DNA of 63,995 bases, counting the filler, from Intoshia linei (taxonomy: Eukaryota > Animalia > Orthonectida): the NCBI GenBank assembly GCA_001642005.1. It is 5 parts of 5 records of this genome, joined end to end, with 100 filler letters (N's around TTAATTAATTAA, not from the genome) between each part and the next. Parts side by side here need not be neighbours in the genome. Positions count along the whole stretch, not along the records: positions 51,754 to 56,146 come from LWCA01001962.1; positions 56,247 to 62,275 come from LWCA01001720.1; positions 62,376 to 63,995 come from LWCA01002548.1; 2 more parts are not named here. One strand, given 5' to 3'. Below are positions 52,289-63,995 of the stretch, piece after piece. Within the stretch, counting starts at the first letter, position 1. Each line of letters begins with the position of its first letter. Both the position numbers and the translations under genes were made by a program. Under the pieces are notes generated by a model. It ran no database searches, was not told where the DNA came from, and saw nothing but the letters and a program-made list of their open reading frames with translations.

Positions 52289-53830
52289 TATTTTTACCAT
52301 CTTTTGATTTATGATTATGTGATTTTACGATATTTTGATAGTGCGCCGGGAGACTCAATGCTTATCAGGCATAATTAAAATTTATGTTTTAAGTAGTAAA
52401 ACATGTTAATGTACCAATGTATATGATACTATTAATAAAAATTTGAGATAAAACGTAATAAATTGAGTTCTAATTAGTAAAAATTTTTCACTATTATTTC
52501 GCGGATTGGTAAATAATTTTCACAGTTTAGCATTGGCGAAACGTTGTTAGAATGTATCTATGTCGTATAATAACTCTAAAAATCAGAAAGATTGTTCTGC
52601 GAATTTACTAATACGGGCTAAGCCAAATATATTTTTTCACATTTTACTTCTTTAGAAACATGTACGCGGGTACCCGTTGTAAAATATTTTATTGGAAGAT
52701 ATTTAACAAAGATTGAAATTTCGAGATCTATGCATTTTCAGTCTGATTTAGTAAATCATAGCTCAAGAACTCTATTATATATTTTTGTAAATTAAATTCA
52801 ATGTTATAAATTTTGCTTTGAAACGCATTGTAAGGAAATTATCAAAACTACCGTGGAATATGACACATTTAAATCACGCCCAAATCTGAAAAAAGTAATG
52901 CATTCCTATCAAATCGAACGAACAAATTTGACATTAAAGAGTATTCTTTTACCAACCATAGAGAAAATGTAAAGTGGAATTATCTTCAATTAAAAAATGG
53001 CATCGAACACTGCAGCTCAGATATAGAAGAATTACCACCTTTCCATTTATCAAAAACAGTGTGGTTACCTAAAATTGATTTCCAATACATTAATATATTG
53101 TTGGATCAATACAACTGTGTAGGAAAAAATTGTTGTCTATAAGAGACTTTAAGAAAAGAAAGATACGAAAAGATTAACTTTTTTTGCGATTAGAAATGTT
53201 CCTCTTTGTGTCTTGCCAAAAAGAAGCAAATGTTGCACATGTTTTTTAAAAAACATTTATATTTTTCGGTACCATTATTGACATTGACAATTAACTAGTC
53301 AATGATACAATTAATAAACTTATAAGTATATAGAAATCATAAACAATCGTTCATAATATAATGGGTGATTTTTCAATATGAAAAGTGGCTGGAGTTTTTA
53401 TATCATTATATTAAAAAAAATGTATCCGGTACTAAATTTAATTGTGTAATTGACTTTAATTTTGTTGTGAATGCGTGTTTAAATTCTAGTATTTTATTGC
53501 AATAATTTTTAAAACTAGCAAAACCGCCTAAAATTTAAATTCATCAAATAATAAAATTTCGTATTTGTTTGAAAAACAATAAATGTTTGATAAGTTTAAA
53601 AATCGTCAATGGATATGAACACAATTTGACTGTTGGATAAAATTACTGGTTGTTATGAATAGCGACTACTGTATTTGAATTTAAATAATAATATTTGACT
53701 GTGGATTAGCTATTTTGACTGAAATACAGTTATTTGTAGTATGCATTTAATTTGTAACGATTTTATTTTAAATGTATAATTGAATTGTCAGCGCAATATA
53801 ATTTTATCGATTAAATGTAAATTATTAAAA

Positions 53831-54379
53831 ATGGAAGCTGACTATGAAGAATTTTTAAAGACTACAAAAACATTGTACGGTACAAACTAAAATATTAAAT
53901 TTATTAAAATATTTTAATAGATATGTGCCACCAATTTGAAGAAATTGAAAAAATTTATTTAAATCTGTTTAAAGTTGTAGCAGTTGCAAAATTATTATGT
54001 AGCCATTACTATTCATATTATAACGTTAATTAATTAATTTTACAATTTGCAACTGCGCTAACAAATATACTCTTGTCAATTGTCTGTAATTTAAATAAAA
54101 ATTAATTTAAGGCACATTTATTCAAGTGTTACTACATTACTACATTAATTTAAATTAAAAATTCACATCTTATTTCAAATTTTAATAATCTGAGTTTGGA
54201 TGAATTAGAAGAGTATTTTGAAAGAAATAAACAATTGAAATTTGATCAGGAATGTAAATTACAAGAAAAGTATCGAAAAGAAAAGATTATTGTAGAATCT
54301 ATTAGATATTATAAGAATTGGATCAATGTCGATGATACTTCTTATGTTATATGTACATCAGTTATTGCAGAATTTATCG
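53831..54379 (+). CDS. Possible uncharacterised spliced gene
   Basis: ATG exon MEADYEEFLKTTKTLY joins in frame over a 41-bp intron to DMCHQFEEIEKIYLNLFK. A later open segment LSLDELEEYFERNKQ could not be joined cleanly. Confidence 0.35.
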
Positions 54380-55899
54380 GTATATTTCATAATGTATGTT
54401 AATAGGTCATATAATTGTTTAACCCATAAATTACAGTTCAATATCATTTTTTTGAGCAATATTTCATTCAAATAAAAAATTATTTTATTTATTTTTAGCT
54501 CTTATCCTCATGATTTATTGTTTACAATATATGGCATGATATATTAAACTATTGAACTTGTTAAATCTTAAATTAAATATTTTCAATTATATATTTATTT
54601 TGGTTAAATTCAGAGATATTTATTAAAAAAGAGGTACCATGTTTAATATTTTCAATATACAGTAAAACTTTTGTTATTTGCTTGGTTAATTTATATTAAT
54701 ATAGTAAAATTCTGTAATTCACATAAAATTTTTCATATTTTTCATAATAAATTTATATGAATACTAAAATGCTTTTTTGACCGTGAAGTCGTCATTTATT
54801 CGGATTGAAATGTTTCGTGTGTGTTAACAGGATGCAACTGTACCACCTGTAAATTTTTTTAAATTCTAGGGCTGTTTTCATTAAAAAAAGAGGCTAATTT
54901 AGGGTTTTTGACCTGTAAGATGTGAATTTGGGAGGTTGAAATTTATCTTATAATACGTCCATAATGCATAATGACGATTTTCACAAATTGCTAAATTAAA
55001 TTATATGAAGTATTTTTACATTCTTACTTTTTTTCTCATCTTTAACTATATAGTTTGGCCAAGTAATATTTATGTGATATGCTGGTTTAGTTACTACGCC
55101 CTGATCCGCCGAATAGCTGATTTATTATAAATACTAATACCAGAGTTATTGTACAAATTTTTACTTATATAAAGTTACTTGATGTTATGTACTTCGTACA
55201 AACATCATCCTAACTTCAAAAGGCAAACTTTTTTAATTTTTTAAAAAAATAAATTCAATAATAAAATCTTAATTCAAATTGTTACAATCACTATTATAAA
55301 TCCTTCAAGTGGTTCCTAAACTAGTTATTTCACATTACCTTTTAAATTGAATTGAATTGTACCCACTTAATTTTATTTGGCTAGCATTTTTACAAAGAAT
55401 TTTAGAAACAATTTTGTGATCCCATTTTTTTAATTTAGTAAAGAGATTATTAGACTTATTATTAGATTAGACTTATTTATTGATTTGTTTCAATTTATTT
55501 AAGAAAATAAGGGGAGTTGAATTTTACAAATTTCATATTCTTATAACTGTTTTTCCAGAGTGATGTTTTATCGCAATTTCAATTTCTAGAAATTAAGATA
55601 AAATAATTCACTTTAACCCTTACGAGCCCTAATTTGATTGAATTGAACAAAATTTAATTTTTTATTAACACATGTGTTTGTTTGAAAGAATGAACACCAA
55701 GAACGCTACTTTATTGATTTAATTTAATATTGACCATATACTATTAGGTGATTCACAAAGTTATGTCGTTTTTATTGATACAATTGATTAGAAATGCTTT
55801 ATCACCGATAAGATTTCACATATTTGTAAATATAAAATATTTTTTAACAATTATGTGTACGACCACATCAGATGAGAACGTAATTTATTTAAATCTACA

Positions 55900-56146
55900 T
55901 TTATTCAATCGCCATTGGACGAATTATAATGATTTTGAGGGACATTTACATTATATTTTACTCTATGAGTACTTTAAGGACCTTAGTGCAGTGGTAGCTA
56001 CCAAAAATATATGTGCTGTATATGGTACGGATGTTTTTAATGATTGAAAATGTCAAAGATGGTTTAAAAGATTTCGAGATAAAAACTACATTCTAATGGA
56101 TTTCCAACGTTCCGGTAGACTTTCAACTGTTGATATTAATCAAATA
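55900..56146 (+). pseudogene. Mariner transposase N-terminal HTH remnant, cut by a gap
   Basis: HYILLYEYF..SAVVATKNICAVYG..*KCQRWFKRFR...QRSGR. Confidence 0.85.
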
Positions 56147-58371
56147 NNNNNNNNNNNNNNNNNNNNNNNNNNNNNNNNNNNNNNNNNNNNTTAATTAATT
56201 AANNNNNNNNNNNNNNNNNNNNNNNNNNNNNNNNNNNNNNNNNNNNATCTGTTACAAGTCACCGAATTACAAAAAAAAATAAATATTTTGGCTAGATCTT
56301 CAGTGTATTACATAGCTTTATATGATTTGCCTAAAAATTTAATACAGTGTGTATATATAAATTCTGTTAACAAAAAATTTTATTTTTTAAAACATTTCAT
56401 GTTTTACATTATATTAAAGAAATTACTATTGAAGAAACTATATTGAAGGAACAATTAGTCCAATTAAAATTTTAAGATTATGATGTTTTGAAATTATAAT
56501 TTAAAAATTATAATCATAATTGTAATAAAATAGTAGAGTTAACCGTAGAATAAATAAAAAAAGACTCAAAGTAGATAATACAATATGCGAAAAATAACAA
56601 ACATTAGAAAATCCGAAGTTATCAGAATATTCAAAATTAATTGAAAAACTAAAAATAACAACATAACGGATTTCACCATCAGGTCTAATGACGTTTATGT
56701 AAAGTGGCCAGAAAAATACGTACTATTACATATAGTTTATTTGGAATAAATTTTAAGCCGAAAATTTTTATCAATATTACACACTCAAATATTATATACA
56801 TTTATTATAGTGTAATGTTAATACCATTTAAATGATGCGGCAATTGGTTTTTGATTGATTCTGTATTCCTAATATACATTAATAATATAATAACTTGCAT
56901 TTTAAAATAAAATGATACCGAGCGAGAATGTGATTATAACCTATTAAACTTATCGACTTGTTGCGTTAAATCAACGATTCGTACAAATTGTACAATGTAC
57001 ATTATGTTGTCTCAAAAAAAATTAATAATTATATTTTTGAACATTCTTAGGTATATTATTATCAAGTATAAAAAAATAACATTTTCAATATATTAATCCA
57101 TTTCAACGAATATTGAAAATAGCCTGGGCATTTACATAAAACATAATATTTACAATGAAAATTTATAATAATTATAAATATATTATTAGTTTAGGATATA
57201 ATGTTTGGAATTTCTTTTTAGTAATGATATATTTGTGTAACGCGCGCTCTGACATATAATTAGAAGCCGGTACTTTACCAATAACTTATTAAGACTTTAA
57301 TTGGAATATGTATCACATATTTTACATTTATCTTCACCTTCTGTAACCAAACCGGTTATACTGTCGTTGTATTTTAAAATTTTCCATTCTCTATCGTTCT
57401 TGGCAATATTCTGTGTCGTAGGAGCATCAATCAAGCTTTATTTCAAAAAAGAAAGTATTTTTGTCATAACAATATAGAAAACATATAAATGGCCAGACTA
57501 ACTAAACCGTTGGGAATTGGTCAAAAATATTTTACAATATATATTCTTTTAGAGATACTATCATTTCAAACTCTAAAGATATTTTTACAACGACCCATGA
57601 GATACCTTAATGTATATTGTACAATCNNNNNNNNNNNNNNNNNNNNNGAATTGGTCAAAAATATTTTACAATATATATTCTTTTAGAGATATTATCATTT
57701 CAAACCCTAAAGATATTTTTACAACGACCCATGAGATACCTTAATGTATATTGTAAAATCTAGCATGCATAATTATTAGGGGTTTATTGATTCATACATT
57801 TCTACAAGGTTAAATATATGGTCTGTACGAAATTATTAATATCACCTTATTGAAAAAACTGGATACAATGGAGTTTGACTAATTTTATTAACGCGTGGAG
57901 AATAAGTAAAAATATATCAAATGTAAATCTAATTCTACAATTTCAGTCCCAAATTTAAGCTTTTTTTAACCTTTTGGTATTTTTGCAAATTTTAAAAATA
58001 ATTTCAACAAATTTTTTATATTTAAACACAAATTCTAATAAAAATTAAGGCCAAATTTTCTATAAAATGTTTCATCAGAACTCCAAATTATGAACATAAT
58101 TAAATTTTATACAGATACTGGTGATGTACATTTAATGTGATAACTTATTCCCAAATTCCCATAAGCATTTAATTATTATTTTAATTTTCGATTGATGTGA
58201 GTAAATAATGTATAAACCAGGGATACCTAACTTTGCCAATGTGAACCACCAGTGGTCTACAGCCAGATTTGAACATACAAATAAAATTCTTACTTTAATA
58301 TTTTTACACAATTTATTTTTACATATTGTGTAATGTTCAGTACACAATTATTACAACACTCTTAAAAATGT

Positions 58372-58435
58372 GTTACAAGTGAGATTCGAATTGCGAATGA
58401 CAAGATTACGAGTATAAGTCGTATACCACTCGTTT
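58372..58435 (-). pseudogene. Degenerate tRNA-like sequence (tRNA pseudogene or SINE head; possible Thr-CGT loop)
   Basis: Minus strand: CGAGTGGT (A-box-like), CTCGTAA loop, ATTCGAATCTC (B-box-like); the stems pair poorly. Confidence 0.35.
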
Positions 58436-58998
58436 TAATAAAATTTTTTGCTAGTGAAAATTATGCAGTAGTTCACAAATAATTTATTATAGACCTTGTG
58501 GTCCATAGGTTTAAACGTTTGAGCATCCCTGGCATAAACAATTTTGTATTACAAAATGTCAAATATCACAATTTGCGAAACTTGTTTTTATTTTTCTGTT
58601 TTGGAAAAATTGATACATTTTTAAATATACAAAAATTTAGTAACCTGAACTTGCTTTTTCAATTCAAAAATATAATTTCCTTCATTTTTTACTATTTGAT
58701 TATTTAAAATTTTTAAATCAATATTAGTTTCTTCTATATATATCCGTTGATTTTTGTGGTTGGTTAATGCGAGTTTACATATATCGACTGCTAATTAAAA
58801 CGTAATTAAATGTATATATTGGGTACAATTACAATTTTGGATTAGCAGGCAACGTTTTTTAGGTGGTACCACTACGTCATCGTTATTAACTCGTTTCTTC
58901 ATTTAAATTTAGCGCGAATATAGATATTTATTCTTTGATCGATATTTCAGTTTCTGTGGAATCATTGCATAAATACACGTTGCATTTAGTTTAAAAAT

Positions 58999-59794
58999 AT
59001 GGAATTCAACAAAATATATTCTTTGTGTTTTTTAATTTTAGTTTTTCATAACTGTTCGTGTCTTTATTTTATCATGAACAAAGACGATAAAAAAACATTT
59101 CTGGAGGATGTACCTATTGGAACGTCGATTGTCGGTAATTTTGTCTACATTTAGTACAATTGTATTTATCTTAATTTTTCATACACCATGTATAACTTTG
59201 CTAAACTATTTATTAAGTTAATTCATTGAATTTTGGAAGCTTGTGGCGCTATTAGATTTAACACAATTTACGTAACACATTTCCAAATTTACATCAGTTT
59301 ATATCAGTGTATATTTTTAATGAGTAATATACCATTGAAATTTGAATATACAGTCAAACCTCAATTTACTCAACATTAATGTACATACAGCTAAATTAAT
59401 TCAAATATTTAATAATGATCGAAAATTTTTCTATGGGTTAATATGTGAATTCCAACTCTACTCAATCAGTTGCATTAACACGCAAATACACTTATTGTCA
59501 TAAATGATGTTTAGTTTACTAACAACATATTATAATCAAGATGTATATAATACAGGCTAATTTTTCGTTAACTGAATTTTTAGTCGTGAAAAAAATCTCA
59601 TTCCGTTAACGAGGAATTAGCTGGTACTATCATTATACAGAAATTTTTTTTAACTTACTATCCATTTTATAACGTTTGTTTTAGGTGTTTATAGTCTGGA
59701 AACTATGGTTCCAGGTGGTAAAAGCTCTGAAACCTCAAAATACAGTATACACGTTGAAGTTATAAATTCTGAAGATACATCAATATTATCTCGA
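58999..59794 (+). CDS. First two exons (58999-59134, 59685-59794) of a secreted or membrane protein, probably cadherin-like
   Basis: Signal peptide MEFNKIYSLCFLILVFHNCSC, then FLEDVPIGTSIV (cadherin xEdxPxGT motif); the phase-1 splice is in frame. Confidence 0.5.
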
Positions 59795-60437
59795 GTTTTT
59801 ACATTTATTATATATTTTCATAGTCACATTTTGTAAATTTTGTATTTGAAATCTATTTTTATTATTAATAATTTGGCGTATAGTTAACAATGTGAGTGAC
59901 TTGCATTACAAATTATGAACATCATTTGTGTTATCGTTTAGTTCAGAAGACTCAAAAATGATACACATCTACAGGACCGTTGATAGATACCATATTATGG
60001 GCCTACTATTCTAATTAAATAGGTAAAAATAGAAACAATTTTGTATCGTGGGCGAAATTTTTTTATATTATCAGTGTTACGCTGAAGAGAAAAAATAGAG
60101 GCAACCTTTTGGATTTATTAATGGATAGTGAAACCGGATTTTTTAACAGGTATATAGAGGGCCCTACAATTGTCTTGTCCAGTCGCACTGTTGATTTTCC
60201 ACGGCCCTGTATATGTACCTCATATTCATTCAAAAATTTGATAATATGGCAGGTACTTGGAAGCGTTTCATTTTTGGTATTTAAAAATGAAATATTAGAT
60301 ATTTAATCCATTTACGAAGTAATTTTTTACGGCTCATAAAATTCATTTATTGGAAATGAGGTCCCCGACTGTTGTGTTAATATAAATAACATTGTGTCGC
60401 ATATATATTTTTGATATACCTGTGGTTAAATTATATA

Positions 60438-61096
60438 CAGGTTATTCTCAATTTTTTGACAAAAATATTTGTTTAAATAATCGCGAATAACTATAACAAT
60501 ATAATTCACAATATTTATATAATAACAATTATATAATTATTTGAATTTACAATTTTATTTTTCATAATAATTGGACATTATCGAACAATGTATAACGAAA
60601 AAATAATTATTTTTTCATTATAATCGAGTTTTTCGGTATATCATATTTAAGCAAAATCCATACTTTGTAAATTTAAAAGTAATAATGAATGATATCGACG
60701 AAAAACAGTATTAATAGCCTAATTTAAAACTAAAATAATATAACTGAAATCAAAGAGATAAAATTTACACTATACTACACAGGTTAGATAAAAGTATTTA
60801 TTTTTTACATAATTTATATCTTAATTCACGAAGCATGACTGTCATTTAAATTACAATTATTGAATTCTGCATAAGTGATGCATTTAATAAGTTATATAAA
60901 TTTAAATATGGACGGAAATATAATTAACGATAATGATAACGCAATTTACGTAAACAGAAAATTAAAACAATAATTTTACTGTACAAATTGAAAATTTTTC
61001 AAAAACTTAAAAAATGAAGTTCAGATTTTGTCAAATAATTGCGAATAATTTGACATTTTGTCAAAATATCGTGTGTAAAATATCGAGAATAACCTG
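60438..61096. mobile_element. Tc1/mariner-superfamily MITE (659 bp)
   Basis: TIR CAGGTTATTCTC / GAGAATAACCTG, flanked by TA on both sides. Confidence 0.8.
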
Positions 61097-61299
61097 TATA
61101 TATAATTAAATAACCAATAGACGAAACTAAACAAAACTTTACACATAATATGTTGAACCGCCATTATCACTAATAAGAGCATTTAATATTCTAGGCATCC
61201 CAATACTCCACTCTTTCGATAATTTTTTTATTTTTGAAGAATGGTTCTAAACCTTGTGTAATCGATCAATCAATAGTGTTTTTGTATTAATTTCTACTT

Positions 61300-61660
61300 T
61301 ATGAACTTCATTATTCAGAATTGTACGATAGTACAGTTCACTGTTTTTCTTGATTAATTAGTATTTTTGGTTTTAAGCTTTGATACGATTTCATTGTATC
61401 TGGAATTTCTGTTTTCCAAAGCGGTTCTAATAGTCTATCAGTTCTTTCATCTGTCCGATTTTTCCTATCACAGTTTTTCATTTTGGATACATTGAATTTG
61501 TTGTTTTTGAGTTACTTTTTTTAGCAAAGATACATATTGCGATACACCAATTCTATCAGCAATTTTTTTTAGCTGCAATTAAATTTTCAATTAAACCAAT
61601 TATGATAGATTTTTTTCAGACGAAATGTCCTGTTTTTTTCTCATAATAGATAAATAAACG
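61300..61660 (-). pseudogene. Degraded Tc1-like transposase N-terminus
   Basis: Minus-strand KIADRIGVSQ and TDERTDRLL peptides with frameshifts. Confidence 0.4.
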
Positions 61661-62375
61661 TGCAGAAGTATAACAATGATAGCATTTATATTTAAACAAT
61701 ATTAGCACCGATTACATGAACAACAAAGAGAAGTTAATATTTTTGTTCTCTATAGTGGTAATCTTAATACGCAATATTTTAGATGCGCATTTGAATTATA
61801 ATTAATTATTTTTTGGATTAATGCTTAATAATACATTTTATAAATGAATGAAAATTCATCTTTTACATTCGCTCTAAATTATAATCTAATGTTAAAATAA
61901 AAGATATAACCATATTTGCAATTTTTTACGAATTATTATAATTATATGGCCAATACTGTATATATATTTGTCATGTTTTTAATGAATCAAAATAGTTGCA
62001 ATAAAAATAAAAATGTTAATCACAATAATTTGGTAATCCTCGTATACAACAAAAATTATTTTAGAAGGTTTCATGGGCTTGCATATTTATGATCCCCTAA
62101 TTTAACATTTGTTTTAAATTTATATTTTTCATACAATTTGACTTAAATATACAGTGCACGCAATAAACATAGGTCCAACTAATTTATATTATTTTTTGGT
62201 ATATTAACATTAATTTTTATAAATATTTCATTTCTATTAAAAAAGGTATTAAAAAGTACGCTTGTTGATACCATTNNNNNNNNNNNNNNNNNNNNNNNNN
62301 NNNNNNNNNNNNNNNNNNNTTAATTAATTAANNNNNNNNNNNNNNNNNNNNNNNNNNNNNNNNNNNNNNNNNNNN

Positions 62376-63995
62376 GTGACACAAATTTGATATAAAATTT
62401 AACTATAATACACATTATAATATAACACAAATCATTTACGATTTAAATTTTATCAAATTATAAGTAACATTACATTTTAATAGTAGGTAAAAAATATAAA
62501 ATATTATTTAAATCATGTCACACAAATTTGATACAAAATTTAAGACTTAAAATAAATTGAGCTGTAAAATATATTATAATGTAATACATAAATCATTTAT
62601 GATTTAAATTTCATCAAATTATATATAATGTTACAATTTAATAGATGGTAAAAAATATACAACATTGTTAAATTAATAGGTCGTTTCATAAGTAATGTTG
62701 TTTTTTTAACAAAATTAAAAAGTTTATTTGATTACATTAAAAATAAAGTTATTATATAAAATATTATCCATTGCTTTCCACAGTATTTTTCCAACGTTCC
62801 GGTAGTCTATTTATACCATTAGCATAAAAACTCGCTTTTTTTATTGGACAAAAACTTTTCTATGTCCAATATTAACTCTTCATTTGAAGTGTATTTTATA
62901 CCATAGTAATGGTTACTCATAGCTTTAAATAGGTAATAATCAGATAGGTGCTAAGTTTGGTGAATACGGTGGATGTGATAATACTTCAAATTATAACTCT
63001 TTTAGAAGCTGAGAGGTTTTTTTAGAAGTGTGAAGTTTAGCATTGTCTTGTTGTAGAATAATATTGCCTTTAAGAAACTTTATTGGTCTTTTCAGGTAAA
63101 TATTGTGATTTAATTTTTCTAATTGTTCACAGTATTTATCAGAATTAATGGTTTCTTGGTTTTTTACAAATTCATGATATACCACTCTCTCCATATCCCA
63201 CCATATGCATAGCATAATCTTTTTACAGTGTAAATTGGGTTTTGGAGTACATAATGGGAATTTATTTGGTGAAAACCATTGTTTTTTCAATTTTGTGTTA
63301 TCCCATAATACCCATTTTTCATCTCCTGTGATAATTTGTTCTAAAAATGATTCATTTTTAAGCATTTCAAGTAGTGATTTGCAAGTATTTGAACGATTTA
63401 ATTTGTGTTGATTAGTCAATATAAATGAGAAATCCAAATACCACATCTATTCGATTTATTCATCATTTAAGAGCTTGATGTACACTTGTTCTTAAACAAC
63501 CATCAACATTTGATAATGACGTACATGTTTGAATTGGAGATTTTATCAAATCCTCTTTAATTTTGTCTTCATCTACTAGACTAGGTCTACCGGAACGTTT
63601 GACATTTTCTAAATTATAATTGTTTTTTCTAAACTTTATGAACCATCTTTGAGTTTTTCATATGTTGATAGCATCTTTGCCATAAACATTACATATATTT
63701 TACATAAAATTAACATAAATTTAATTAAAATACATATTATAATATATCACATAAATCATTTACGATTTAAATTTCAGCAAATTATAAGTTATATAACATT
63801 TTAATAGACAGTAAAAAAAATAAAAAATAATTTAAATAATAAGTGACACAAAATGTATTTATAATATAAAAATTAAAATAAATTTAATTATAATACATAT
63901 TATAATATAACACAAACATCATTTACTATTTAAATTTTATAAAATTATAAGTTATATAACATTTTAACACGAAATATAATATATAAAAAATAATT
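62376..63995. repeat. Tandem repeat with a ~140-160 bp AT-rich unit, at least 4 units, split by a mariner
   Basis: Unit gtgacacaaa...tataatataacacaaatcatttacgatttaaatttt..caaattataag begins at about 62376, 62517, 63700 and 63843. Confidence 0.85.
62676..63700 (-). mobile_element. Mariner (DD34D) element with a degraded transposase, 5' end missing
   Basis: ITGDEKW, KIMLCIWWD, QDNAKLH, HPPYSPNLAP with a stop and frameshifts; TIR-like ATAGGTCGTTTCATAAGTAATG at the left end. Confidence 0.92.

Noticed and set aside
56285-56312. TTTTGGCTAGATC...GTGTA resembling the U2 snRNA 5' end
   Set aside because: The rest of U2 is absent, and the same motif occurs inverted at about 30420, so it is more likely a repeat fragment.
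57514-57760. ~110-bp direct repeat and ORF 57489-57686
   Set aside because: The two copies flank a 21-N gap, which points to unmerged contig overlap.
1-63995. Alternative genetic code or stop-codon readthrough
   Set aside because: In-frame stops in the host genes I reconstructed are removed by GT-AG introns, so the standard code is sufficient.

Overview
Very AT-rich, intron-dense eukaryotic (animal) scaffold, not prokaryotic. Most introns are about 35-45 bp GT-AG, and the long introns are mostly short introns inflated by transposons. This layout resembles the orthonectid Intoshia linei (inference only). Genes reconstructed by hand: the 3' end of an SLC35E2-like transporter (+); a 28-exon secreted protein of about 1038 aa with the unusual order signal peptide-Kunitz-Kunitz-vWA-vWA-collagen helix (+, 1562-14461); an SLCO4-like OATP (+); the 3' part of a PDE1-type phosphodiesterase (-); BOLA3 (+); tectonic/TCTN1-like (+); a small unknown protein (+); MED28-like (-); a secreted 5 vWA/3 EGF matrix protein (-); and the start of a probable cadherin-like gene (+). 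Mobile DNA includes about 12 copies or fragments of a non-autonomous Helitron, all on the same strand, several hAT MITEs with 8-bp TSDs (one three-level nest), and hAT-type, Buster, Transib/Chapaev, Tc1 and mariner remnants. There is also a tandem repeat with a ~140-160 bp unit. Four 100-bp gaps carry an artificial TTAATTAATTAA spacer, and three duplications at N junctions are probably assembly artefacts. All coordinates and translations were worked out by eye; no searches were run.
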